A stretch of DNA of 64,000 nt, taken from assembly GCA_024137785.1 (NCBI GenBank), contig JAHRHZ010000013.1, positions 28,539,003 to 28,603,002 on the forward strand, in the 5' to 3' direction. Under the pieces are notes generated by a model that searched no databases, was not told the DNA's origin, and saw only the letters and a list, made by a program, of their open reading frames with translations. Origin of the DNA: Ginglymostoma cirratum (lineage: Eukaryota). Position 1 is the stretch's first letter, and each line of letters starts with the position of its first letter. This document shows positions 25,056 through 37,886 of this stretch, in pieces. The translations under genes were made by a program, and so were the position numbers.

Positions 25056-27282
25056 ATGTTCAAGCTTTGTGCCATCAAAAAAAGTACTACCTTGTTTTTT
25101 TCTTCTCCTGGCACCACATGCTGTCTTATGCTGTGGATAGGCATCATGCTGAATTTCCTTTCTTTGGGAAGGTCCCCATTCATGATAATTAAATGTTCCT
25201 GAATACCAAGACTGGCCTAGAGTCCCAGATATAAGCCAAGAGCAAGCAAATGTTTGCCCATTCATGATTTACTTCTCAGACAGCTCTAAAGAATTTTTGA
25301 ATTCAATTTTCCATGACAACATATTAAACTGCAGCAAAGCAGACCTAAAACCATTTAATTTCAATGAAAGATTGTATGCCTGACTGGCCTACTTTTTTCC
25401 CTAAAGTTGGACTCAGTAAAGAGAAGCTAAATATAATCTTATAAATTAGTATTGAGAAAAGCACTTTTAATCTTGCAGTATTTATCAGCTGCTAATTACG
25501 TGAGAAAAAACTAATGCTTTTCTTTACAGTTCTCACATAAGGAACACCATACTTCTTTATAATAATGTACTCATTGACTCAGATAGTGGGACACGGAAAA
25601 TATATTGATCTAATCAATGTAATCAATGCTTGATTTTAACGATAAAGGTTAGATACTTTTTTCCCAGCTGCAGATGTGTCAATTAACAAACTAAATTATT
25701 TCAACAGCTATTCAATGTGTAAAGTCCCTAAAGTGTAAGGGTAAGTTTTCAAATGTTTATTCAAAAATGCTAGTCACTGTGCTTCAAAAACATGGAAGTA
25801 TTTAATAAATAGGTTTATTGTCAAAACTGGCATGCATTATTAATAAAGTGGTGATAATGAAATAGCGTACAACTCAGATAGATAGATTAGGATTTATTGG
25901 CCAGGAACCAGTGAACAGTTTTATCAAAAGCCCATGCCTATGTGACGTTTGTTCCGCAATAAATCATACAGCAGAAATCTATATAGTGGACAGTATTAGT
26001 AGATAAATGAAGACAGGAGATGGGGGGTCATCAGAGATGTTTCAGTAATGTAGCTTGGCAATGTTGTAAATCCCCCATTAAAGTTTACAAATGATAGTTT
26101 TACTAACTAACTCTGTTCACATTTTCCATTTTGGTAAATATAACTTCCTAAATTACAACTAATGAGAACAACATTTTATAATTTCAAACAAAGTCAGGAA
26201 AGAGCAGTATTCAACATTGCTGTAAATTATAAAAATGCTTGGATTAAAAATAACAAAAGGTGTGACATGCAAGAAAAAATAGTGGTTAAATATATTAATA
26301 TTTTTCTAAGGAAGTGTTTGATCAGTTGTTCACTTGATATGTGTGGTGCACGTTAAGTAAGGCCCATACTGATCAAAACCTGTGACGTGTAGAAGCTCCA
26401 AGTGGACTGCCAATGATTTGGAATCCTGGAGCATGCATGTTAACCCTTTAAGAATGGAGATTATCATTATGAGGAAATATTACAAAGTGGGCACATATGG
26501 AGATTGAATTGTTTCAAAGTGTTGTTTGTGGCTTGCATTGATTATATGCTAAATTGTAATAATTTTGCCAGTTAGAATTCATGTGTAGACACGAAACAGT
26601 GATCTCAATTCTGGGAAGGGATGAATGGTGAGAAAGACAAAATTTGGATTTTGGTCACATGGAATATCAATCCCAGGAATTTGCATCTGTGAACCTATTT
26701 GCATTCCTGACTCTGCGATAAAAATCAAATTAGTTAGATGGAAAGAATAGTGTGAGCTGCAAGGACATGACATAGCTCACAATAGGCTTTTCTTCCCAAT
26801 TCTGGGCTCCTCATTTGAACAAATCATCCACACTAAGAGTCTGCTAGTAACTTCAACGGATTGTTTTCTGTCTCCTTGCATGGCAACTTCCCCGACCATG
26901 ACTCAGAGTGCCAGTTCAGCGAGGTGAAGTGTTTATCTGGACGTGAATTTCCACTTAGGTCCTCCATTTGTGGTGGGACAGGAAAGCCTTCCTTATTGGC
27001 CATCTCATCTTAACACCCCCATCAGGGACTATGGGGAGAGCAGAAGAGACCTAATGCAGGTTTCCATTATACCTCAGTGTTCCTTAATACTGTTTACCTT
27101 CGGTTCACACCAAGTTTAAAAGGACCTTTTTTTTCACTATTGGATGATATAAGATTCACTCACCAGAGCCTTCTCATTGTTTTTTTATTCATTTAGGGGA
27201 TGTCGGCTTCAATGGCTAGGATGAGTTGTCCTTGAAGAGTGATGGTCAGCTACCTCTTGAACTTCTGCAGTCCAATAGGCAT

Positions 27283-27284
<2 letters not shown>

Positions 27285-27319
<35 letters not shown>
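27285..27319 (+). repeat. (AC)n microsatellite
   Basis: acacacac.. tract of about 35 bp with one interruption. Confidence 0.95.
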
Positions 27320-27320
<1 letters not shown>

Positions 27321-27499
27321 GTTAGGGAGGATTTTGACAATAAGAAAATGACAATATACCTGCAAGTTAGGATAATGAGTGTCTTAGAGAGGAACTTGTA
27401 AGTGAAGGTGTCCACCACCTTGTTTTTCTAGATAGTAGTGGTGAAGAATCTTAAGATACTGTGTAAGGAACCTTGGTAAATTTCTGCAATGCAGCTTGT

Positions 27500-29220
27500 C
27501 AATGGTACATTCTTGAAAGTTCTGAATCTAATTTTTAGGCTGCATCTCATCATCCTAGATTACATGACCAGTGAAAATAGCTTCTCTTTGGCTAGCCGAT
27601 CAGTTCCCCTTAAAACCTTGGAAACTTTGATCAAGTCACCTCTTAATATTCAAATCGAGGAAATACATCCCTAGTTTAAATAATGTGCCCTCTTTATTTA
27701 AACTTCGGCATTCACGCTTCAATCTTGTAAATCTGTACTGAACTTCCTATAGGATCAGTGTACTTTTCCTAAAGTACACTGCTCATAAATGAATACAGTG
27801 CTCCAGGTATGGCCCAATCAGGACTTGACACAATTGAAGCTTGAGTTTTCATCCTATGTATCTTGATGTTCAAGAGATCACAGCATTCTGTTGAACTTTG
27901 TGAGTATTTTTGGCATTTGTTCATGATATTTTAATGATCTATATACATGGACCTCCAGATCTCTTTGGAAATCTACTGCTTCTTGGTTACTATTTAGGAT
28001 CTACTCTTATCAATCTTTTATTGGTGCCAAGTGGTCACCTTACATTTGGGTAGATTGGAATCTACTTGACAGAGTTCTCCTATTCACTTAACTTATCAAT
28101 TCCTCTATGTAGTTTTATGCTGCCATCTTCACTGCTCACAATGCAACCCTTCCTTATATCACTGGCAAATTTGGATATGTTACTCTTCATCCTGTCATCT
28201 GAATTATTGAAGAATGCAATAATAATAGGTGAAGCTTCAACACAAGTCCTTGGGAACAATAGTAACCTCCTATCAAGTAGACTACATGCTTGTTATTCCT
28301 ATTCTCTGCCTCTTACTGCTCAGCCAATCTGCTAACTAGGTCAAAGGCTTCCATTCGGTTCCACTACTTTCAACTTTAGTTAATAGGTTGTTCTGTGGGA
28401 CTTTATCAAACACTTCTTGAAAGCCATATAAAACAATACACACAATAATTATTCATATTTATATTATGTCAGTTCTGCAAAAGGTGATATTAGACATGAT
28501 CTTTACAAATGAATATAAAACAGGTCTAGCAGCATACAGAGAGAGAAAACAAAGTTAATGGTTCAAGACAAATATGATTCTTCTTCAGACTGGACCTTTT
28601 GCAAAATTCATAAGGATACTTCGATCAGCTGAAAAATTTCAAGATGTTCAGTCAATGTATCTTCAATTATAGACTCTAATTATTTCCCAACAACAGATGT
28701 TTGGCTAACTGGCCTATAATTCACTGGTTTTCCTCTCTCCCTTTCTTAATAACAACCTGACATGTAATTTGCCAATCTAAAGGACCAGTTCCTAATTAGT
28801 GAGAATTTTGGAAGATTATAGTTAGGGTGTCTGCAATTTTCTCATCTACTTCCTTTAATCTCTGGGATGAAAGTCATTTATAGTAGGAATTTGTCACACT
28901 TTAGTGCCATTATTTTCTTCATTATTGGTAATTTGCCTCTGTTGATTTTGATGAATTCTCACCCCTGCTTCAATATTAGTTTCTTTCGAATGTCCAATAT
29001 GTTATTCTCTTCCTTCACTATGAATACTAATACAAAATAATAATTTAACTTGTTCATTATTCCCTTATTTTCATATATAATGTCAACATTACCAATTCTA
29101 AAGGGAATTACATTGCTCGTAAACCACCTCCTTTTTCCTAATACATACGTTTTTGTTAACTTTTAGTTAATTTTGATATCCTTTCAAGTTTTTTTTTAAT
29201 AGTCCCTTTTTACCTCTTAA
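27500..29220 (-). mobile_element. Old CR1 LINE ORF2 fragment, interrupted at ~28515-28590 by a family-2 Penelope piece
   Basis: Similar to 3600-5150 (ggactttatcaaacacttcttgaaagccata; tatttcccaacaacagatgtttggctaactggcctataatt). Confidence 0.75.
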
Positions 29221-29336
29221 TGAATCCGAAGACACTTTATTGTAGTTGGGTACTTACTTGCTATTCCATTCACCAAAATCTGTGCTATATATTAATTCTT
29301 GTTTGCATTTCCATTTAGTTTTATGTTGTCTCTTAC

Positions 29337-29435
29337 CTCCTTTGTTGCCAATGATAGTCCTGACAGCAACAAGCATTTCACTGCTACTGAACACAAGATT
29401 GTGCAAGTACAGCACCATGGATGAATGATGTATAT
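29337..29435 (-). other. Candidate symmetric 99-nt exon (phase 1 to 1), IHHSSMVLYLHNLVFSSSEMLVAVRTIIGNKG
   Basis: Minus acceptor tttgttgttcatctcattag|, donor GAG|gtaaga, open frame (ORF 29254-29454). Confidence 0.35.
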
Positions 29436-30401
29436 CTAATGAGATGAACAACAAAGATTTGTGTAAGAAAACTCACTAAAGCTCACAGAGAGAAACCCTT
29501 CATGAAACTCCCCAAAACTGACATTTAGATGGCTTCTGGTAAAATTCAGACCTTGCTGTCCTCTCATAGGCGTGTGGGATATCAGTAGAATTGGTGGAGC
29601 AAATATAAACTGAACCCATTAACTCCTCGTGAACCATTACCCCATGCAACACCTCTCACTGATTTTCTAGCATTTTATCCATTGACAAGTTTGCCCAGCT
29701 TCCTGGGAACATTGTCTGTATCATTCCCTTACCTAAACCCAGGATAATAATAGCTGAATTATTTATCTCCCTATCAAATACGAAGGACAAAAAAACCCGC
29801 TTAGGCTGCCACCTGGGATGCATGAATTTCACTCAACACAGTTTGAGGTCCTTTCCAGATATTATGTCCTGACATATAATCCTTTTATGCTCCTATTATC
29901 TTCCTAGAAAAATAAATATGATGAGAACCAGGATCGGCCCAGCCAGCAACACCCACATTTCATGAACAAATCAAAAAATGATCTTGATCATCAACTGCAA
30001 ATTCTAAGTAGTTTTTTTTTGTATCCCTCAGCCCTCCATGCCACTGGTCCTGAATTACAACTAGTTTTTCTCCTAAATCCCATAAGTATCCTCTCCGGAC
30101 TCATCTAGCCCATGAGATCCACCTCTTATTTCATCTATCCCATTCACCGGAAACTACTGACAATCCAACATCTCTTTTAACTGCACTTTTCCAACGTTAT
30201 TTGCCCTGGAACCAACTGTTCCTCAAGTTAATTAGTAATTCTACTTCGAGCTGCCAATCCCTTCGCTTGTGGTCTCCAATTCACTGTTCATTCACCTCAT
30301 CCTTGTTCCTGCAAAGAGCTGATCATCTTTCCCAAATGCCTGCTCGCATTCATTTGGTTTCAATCACCCTGAAATAAAACTTGACAGTATTTTGCTTACA
30401 A

Positions 30402-30500
30402 CTTTGATGAAGAATCATCTAGACTTGAAACGTTAGCTTGCTCTCCCTCCATGGATGCTGTCTGATCCACTGTGATCTTGACCATTCGTTGTTTACAGTT
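30402..30500 (+). mobile_element. Family-2 Penelope HHR fragment
   Basis: ttTGATGAagaatcatctagacttGAAACGTTagcttgctctccctccatggatgctgtctg. Confidence 0.75.
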
Positions 30501-31715
30501 TTGCTCACAACTGTTTTGTCATCCATCATCACATATCTCTGGAGCACAGCAAGCATTTTTCAATCTCATTGACCATTGCCAATACTAGCTGTTTACACCT
30601 CCCTGTTACCTCTCTTAACTTCTTAATTGTCTCTGTCAGTCAGACTAGCATCCAGTTTTGGAGAAGCTGCAATTTTCTTCAAAGAAAGTTTGGGAGACCA
30701 AAACAATTGTATTCAAACACTACAGACTCCATATCCTCACCGTAAATTCTGCGCCACTCTGGACAGTATCAGGTTGGACAACTTTGATGTGGTAGTCAGC
30801 CCTCAGATGCTCTTTCAGTTTCATACTGTCTTCATCACAGGGTCACCTACTGTCATCTTCACGTTGGTTTCCTGGTGCATGCCTTCTTCAGCCCACTTGC
30901 CACAGGAATCCACATCCATGCTTTTGTTACTTCTAAATTTCATTATATTAATATCCTTGTGGCCATCTTTCATTTTCCATCCTCCACATGTTTCAACTGA
31001 TCAAAATCTCTGATGCCCCTTCCAAACTTGCACCAAGTCCCATTCATTCAACACCACTGTGCTCACCATCTACCAATGTTTTGATTTTAAGACTTTCATT
31101 TCAAGTTCAAATCTTTCATTCCTACCCAATTTTGAAACCTCTTCCATCTCTGCAAACCCCCAAGGACTCTGAGATATTTTTTGCATATCTCATCCCTTTC
31201 ATTTCAATGTTCAATCCATGCAGTTTCTAACTGTGAAGTGGGTACAGTGAGTGATGACAATGCGTAATTCATCACGGTTTGTAGTGGCTGAAATAGGGAG
31301 GACTGACACATCTAACAGGAGGCTTGATGCATACATGAGCAAGATAGGAATTAACGGATAAAGGAGACAAGGTGGAAAGAAATAATTAGACAGAAAGAAG
31401 CCTTATGTTGAGTATAAACATTGACACAATTCAGTTGTGTCAAATGGCTGTTTCTGTCCTTTTAAACCAATGTAATTTTCTCTTCATTAGCAGCCATACC
31501 TTTAACTATCTCCACCCCATTCTCTGGAAGTTCCAAACTTCTCCATCTCTCCACTTTTTATCCCACCTTTAAGAGACTCCTTAAAACCCATCACTTTGAT
31601 TGATTCTATCAATATTTCTCCTTGGGTAGAGTGTTCAGCTTTGTGTCTGATTATGCTTCTGGAGAATTTATTTGTGTTAAAGTCAATGCACAAATTCAAA
31701 TTATTGTTGTGTGGA
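30500..31715 (+). mobile_element. Decayed L2-clade LINE pieces, with a CR1 3' piece at ~31240-31480
   Basis: RT-like remnants in ORF 30627; L2-like tail tttgtgttaaagtcaatgcacaaattcaaattattgttgt. Confidence 0.5.
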
Positions 31716-32317
31716 TACAATAAATTGATTTGAATATCATGTAATACTGTAAAATATAAACTCAGATCTTGTATGAATTAGCAAAGTGGAGGAGTACGTT
31801 GTTGACGTGCCTAACTTTCTCATTGCCTGTAGCAGGGAGAGAGGTCAATCAGCAAGGCCCAGTTTCAGTGTCTCCACACCCTTTTTGATATCTCCAGCTT
31901 AAGACATGCACCTTGAGATCTTCCTTCACCTTAATAATAGTTCAATATTTTTAGTGACTTTTGTTCCCTTTCACCTCCTTTTAATTCCACCCAGTGGCCC
32001 CAGATCCTGCCAAGGAACCTCTGGTGCCCCTGTTTCCATTCCCTTCCCCCAAATACCTCCTGACATTAGTGAGAAAATGTGGGGTGTAGCAGATCCAGGG
32101 TTTCCAGGGGCGAGGTTGTTCCAAAGATGGAATATTTTCTATTTGACATTTGTTGATTTAAAGTAATACACTCCTGAGCAGGCTCTATGCCCGACAGGAG
32201 CAGCCTGGAATAAATCAGTATTAATATATGTTCTAAGATCAAGGAAATCAACCCTGGTTTACAAGCTGACAGGTCCTGGCCAGACAATCAGCATAGGCTT
32301 TCCCATTAAGACACATC

Positions 32318-32462
32318 ACAACGAAATAAAGCAAAGAACTATGGACGCTGGAGATCTGAAACAAAAAATAGAAACTGCTGTAAAAACTCTGTAGATCTGG
32401 TAACATCTGTGGAGAAAAAAAGACACAGTTAATGTTTCAAATCTAGTGACCTTTCTCCAGAA
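32318..32462 (-). mobile_element. Family-2 Penelope terminal fragment
   Basis: aaagcaaagaactatggacgctggagatctgaaac..catctgtggag..gttaatgtttcaaatctagtgacc (reverse complement of the HHR region). Confidence 0.75.
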
Positions 32463-34499
32463 CTGTTGTATCGTCACAACTTTGTGATTTGAGTATAATT
32501 GGGCTCCCTGTAACTTACAGTATGATTGCAGTTTTATTGCAGCCTCAACAGCAGTATATGTTTCTGTATCCACTACTATTGGGGTTTTGGGAACCATAAT
32601 ATCTTGGCCAATATCACACACAACATGATCTAAGTTGGCATATTTATCACACCTTAATGAATAATTGCACCAATTTGTCCAATTCTGCAAGGCTTCAGGT
32701 ACTGCTACTAAGCTTCTCGCTGTTTATATATCAATCAGGAATTGAATTTAGTGAGAATAAAACCTGCACTTATCTCAGTATACACTCATTGTCTGAAGTA
32801 AACAGACATGACTGTAACTGAATTTATGGCTATTTGATCTTTACCACACCATCTCTTTCTGATTTCTAGTATTTTAATGTATCCGAGATTTGAAATGAAG
32901 TTGATAAATTTGTATAGAAACCACAATTTGGATCTCAGCTGTATCAGATGTATGGAAATTTAATGCAATGCTAATATCAAACAGCAAGTGCTGGAGAAAC
33001 TCAGCTGGACTGACACCTCATGGGAGAGATAGTGGAACGTGTGATGAATCCAGATATGGGTATTCCAAGAGGGAAACCTTTATCCATTGTCTCAGCTTCT
33101 CAAAGGAAGGCTATTTGATAACTAATGGACAACGTATGTTCATGTTCCTCATTTTACAACAAACTGAAGAGAACAGATGTAAAAATCTCAGCCCTTTCTA
33201 CTTGAAGCCATAGTTGTAGAGATTATACAGGTATAGCAGGGTGCAGTGACCACTGTAGAAATACACAGAAAGAGTATTCTCAGGATGAGTGGCAACTTGG
33301 TAGTTGTCATGAGGGAGTGCACTGTTTGATATGGCTGATGCCTTTAACACAATAACCATTTCAGTGCAAACATCGGGGAATGTGATGTAGTGGACATGCT
33401 CATTGCCTCACTGTCTCACTGTTGTTTTATCATTAATGCTAGTTGAGGGTGAAACTTGCTTAGGCATTTCAGCTTTCACAAGGTGAGCACATCGGATCCA
33501 CATTCAAAAGGAGAAGTGAACATTTTATCGAAGGTAGTAATGGACAAGAACAGAAGGTTAAACTATTAGAAATGTGTGATACACAGGCTGAGGTCTGTCT
33601 ACAGACTGCTGGAATAAAACTATTACCAACAAATAAAATGCTTCCACACAGATCAGACATCCCGAAGATAGGAGGCCATAAGGTTCTCTCTCGCCTCTTG
33701 TGCTCTGTGGACTATTGCTCTGTCTTTCTCTTTATGGTGTTCCTCCTGGCCTACCATATCCTAACCTTCATCATTCTCTTCAGAAGATTCCTGTCTCTTA
33801 GTCATTACTTCCTCATCCAACACATTCCAGCTTTGGCAATCAGATTGAGGAGAGCACAACACATTACTATTGGTAGAACACCCTGACTGGGCTATGCCAC
33901 TTGGCATCACCTAACTGATCCAGGCATCAGATCTGCATTTTTAGGAGGCCTATGGTAAATAGTACCCCGTAGCAGATCTGCAAGGCTCAGACTGCTTTTA
34001 CGAGACTGCAAAAGCATATCCTTTTTTGCAGTTCTTACTATTGCAGTCATTTTGCGCATTCACTAGGGTCAGTTCAATGTTTTTTATTTCACTTCGGTTT
34101 TACTTTCAGTTTTACCTTGTCTCCGACTTCATTAGTTATCCATGTTTCTTGTTAAGGAAGTAATATTCTTGTCCCATAGGGGATAAACTGGTTCTGTACC
34201 ACATTATACTCTTCTTTTGAACACCTCCCATGGATCTTCTATCATTCTATCCATGAACAGATTTGTCCAGCTTACTATGGCAGTCTCCATCTCATTCAAT
34301 TGAACTAAGTCTTACTAACCTTAGTAGTTGTTGTCTGTTTCTCCTTTGTAAACATTTCACTGAACTCGATAATATTATGATTACCATTAGAGAAATTGTC
34401 ACAAACCAACAGCTCATTAACTAAATCTGGCTTATTATTAAAACTAAGGTGGCATGGCTATTTGTAACTTCTCAACGTGTTGTTGTAGAAAAGTATCCT

Positions 34500-35070
34500 A
34501 TGCACCACATTTTAAGGGGCATGTGAAAGTTTAAGATATGGAGTAAAGACAATTTTAAAAATGGGTTCCAGAGATGAGGGGCTTCTGTAACACAGGCAAA
34601 TCAACACTGGTGCAGAAGTTCTAAGGAAGGGTTACTCAACCCGAAACATTAACTCTGATTTCTCTCCACAGATGCTGACAGACCTGCTGAGCTTTTACAG
34701 CAATTTATATTTTTGTTTCTGATTTACAGCATCTGTAGTTCTTTTGGTTTTTATATCAAGACTGGTGATTGGAAAAGAGAAGTTAGAGAGGAGATTTGAA
34801 AGAGAAGCTCAAAATCATAAAGAGAATGGACAGAATAAATAGAAAGAATCAGTTCATATTGACAGCAGAGTAAAGAATCAGAGGTCACTAATTTAAGATG
34901 ATTGACAAAGAACCAAAAGTAACATGGGAAAGAAATGTTTTGTACAATGTGGAGTTAGGATCTGACTACACTGTCTGAGACCACGGTGGAGGTAAATTCT
35001 TGCAGAAAGTGAGCAGAGACATGACTGGCATAATTGCAGAATGGCCCTCTTCTGTGTTTATTCTATGAGT
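34500..35070 (+). mobile_element. CR1 3' fragment interrupted by a family-2 Penelope HHR insert (~34615-34755)
   Basis: gagaagttagagaggagatttgaaagag CR1 motif; insert ctaaggaagggttactcaacccGAAACattaactctgatttctctccacagatgctg. Confidence 0.75.
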
Positions 35071-36859
35071 TGATAATAATATTGCAAAACAAGATATTAC
35101 AGATGCTAGAAATCAGCAACAAACACAGAAATAAAATAAACTAGAAGTGCTGGAAATATTCAACGGTCCACTAGCCTTTCATCAAATTCCGTATCCTGCT
35201 CAGGAAATTCCCGACCATTGTGAAATGTTCTGGTTTGATTATCCTAATCCAGTTAGTATTCACCATGTAACACATTGCCTTTTACAACAAGTTTGTTTAT
35301 TCTTTGCTTTTATACAATTGAACACTTCACAGCTGCTACCAGTGGTCCTACCAATCCCACTACAGTATTAAATCCTTTTCTACTTCCTAATTCTACACAT
35401 TAACCTCTACTACCTGATTAGCCCTCATATATCGTCTTTTATCATTAACGTAATTTAATCGTCAATCACTAGGTTCACTCTACCATTATTTCCCATAACC
35501 AGTTCCATGTCCTGATCACTTTGCATCCACGTCTCAGTACAGCCTACCAGGTCATATACTCCAAATTGAATTCACACCTCTAATTAATTTAAACTGTTCC
35601 TTATATCCCATACTTCTTGGCACACAGCATAACCTGTCCTTCTGTTCTCATGTTTTACTTACATGTTTCTAGCTTATCTCTTTTGAATTAATTACATTGC
35701 AACTTTCAGATTTTGTAGCATTGAAAACATGATTTCTGACTGTTGCTCCACTCTCTTTGATCTGATCATAATGTCCTCGGATCACACTGCAGCTCAATAA
35801 TTCTGATTTGGAAAGAACTGAAACAGGAACATTTGCTGCAATGTGGTTGCTCAGAATGGTCACAAACTCCTGCACATTGCAGTCGAGACACACAACTGAT
35901 CAAATACATCTTAGTCTAGATTGCTTGCATTATTCATGTTTATGTTATAGTTTCTTCTAAATTTTGTTTTCTCTTTTTCTCTGGAGTTACCAGTCCTCTG
36001 CATGAAAACACTGGACAAAAACATTCACTTAAAACGTCCACAGCAAAGCCAGAATTTTATGCTGGGTCAGGTTGAGAGGGCCGGGGAAGCGGGAGAATTG
36101 GAAGACCTGGGAGGAAGGCCCACTAATGTGCACAGCAAATCCATTAAGGAAATATCCACCTTGAACATGACCAGCACCAGCTGTGAAATTACTAGGCTTC
36201 AAACTTGGTGCCAACCTTCCTAACTGCAGAGAAAATTGCAGCAGCAGCAGGAGGAAGCTCTTAAGTCACCATTAATTGTTCAAAGAAGGGCCTCCATAAA
36301 CTCAAGGGTGGGCAGGACTCCCAAGACCTGGCATGGGTAAATATACAGCAAGGCTCGGAATGGTGCCCATGTCACAATGCCCAATTTTACAGCACATTCA
36401 TGCCTGCCACCCTGCTGCCAGGGGTCTGTAAAATCTTGGTTCAAGTATTGGTGGAAAAAGCAGTTGCACCATCCTCTTTTACACTGAGTTTCTACCCCTC
36501 ACCCAATGACAAGCTTCCACACTCTGCTAACAATCATCCAGGATTCCAGCTTAAATCATCAATCAGACACTGTAGTAGAGGGTTTGAAGGGGAGCCAGAT
36601 TGAGATTGCATTCCATTGTGATGCCCTTCATTGTTGAATGAATGGTCCCTGGGGGACACTTTTGCATTCAGCTGTAAATGGGTGTGATGACAACAATGTA
36701 TAGCCCTCACCTACTGTGTTGGTGGGAAAGCCTTAAATCACTTCCAAGTTCAGCTTTCATTAATGTTTTCTAAATGAGCTGCAATTACTGACCAGGTACG
36801 ACTCTACAGCTCACCACCTTCTATAGGGCAAAATCAATGTAATAACAGGAAGTACCTTA

Positions 36860-36970
36860 ATAAAAGCAAAATACTGCAAATGCTGGAGATCCAAAAAGGA
36901 CTCAAAAAGTTAACGCTATTTCTCCCTCTGAGAGATGCTGAGAGATGTATTGAGTTTATCCAGCTCTTAC
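36860..36970. mobile_element. Collapsed family-2 Penelope fold-back fragment
   Basis: aaaagcaaaatactgcaaatgctggagatcc..ggactcaaaaagttaacgctatttctccctctgagagatgctg. Confidence 0.6.
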
Positions 36971-37747
36971 TATCGAAAAACAGGTGGGATGTTTTGGGTT
37001 TTGGGAACAGATTTCAAAACTGATGGGACCAATAACCAAGCTGAAAGCAGATTCTCCAAACTTTTTTGTGGGCCTTGAGAACATGTCTGCTATTCCTGGC
37101 CCAACAAAACTCATTTATGTTGTAAATCCTGGCACAAAATGGGAAAAGGAACTCAGCACCTGCTCCTTCAGACACACATATGCAGTTTCTCCATTATGCA
37201 CGTGATTCTTGTTAGAACCACTCTCAACCTCATCCTCATATCCAATCTCACTCCTGCCCATTCCCAAGCTATCTCCCACTTCCACCACACCTATTTCTGA
37301 CTCGCTTCCCCCTTCCCAGCCCATCTCCTGCCTCTTCCCAACACATTGTCCACTCTTGACTATTTGCCATTCCATTCATTGGGAAGTGCTTCTCCTCATG
37401 TCACAATGTTGCCAAGTGGAGCCAAAATACAAGTCTGCCCATTTTGGACTGACTACCTGTGGTAACTTTAAAGATTGCTGGTTAAGTATCTCAGTGCCTG
37501 AGGCATTGGACATGGCATGTGCTAGGCATATTTCAACCATTCCTCCTTGAAAGATCTAATCAGCTTCCTGCAACAGGTGTAGGATATTGATCTACATATT
37601 TAACTAACCTCAATGTCTGTTTAGGGCAGTAGCTCTGGTCACTCATTTAACTTATTGCAAGGCAAATGGAAGGCAAGGCAAATTTTCAACAGCTATTCAT
37701 TTTCCTTTTAGCTACAAATCAGGTAGCCAGCCATTAATACTCTTTAC

Positions 37748-37886
37748 CTGTCTAGATTCACAACAAAGCACTGCCACTTTTAGCAGTTGTATGCTGACAT
37801 CTGTCGAACCGTTCTGCTTGAGCTGGCAAAGTTGTTGGAGAAGATTGAAATGGAAGGACTGGCAGTGGTTGGAATCAGTATTCCAG
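37748..37886 (-). other. Candidate exon (phase 2 to 0), WNTDSNHCQSFHFNLLQQLCQLKQNGSTDVSIQLLKVAVLCCESRQ
   Basis: Minus acceptor catttttttatttgaaaacag|, donor CAG|gtaaag, single open frame. Confidence 0.33.

Noticed and set aside
35663-35893. Minus ORF of 74 aa next to a gtaagt donor
   Set aside because: Stop codons precede the donor in all three frames
29337-37886. Vague resemblance of minus-strand candidate exon peptides to MEI1 or other ARM-repeat proteins
   Set aside because: From memory only, low identity and inconsistent spacing; no gene symbol can be justified without a search
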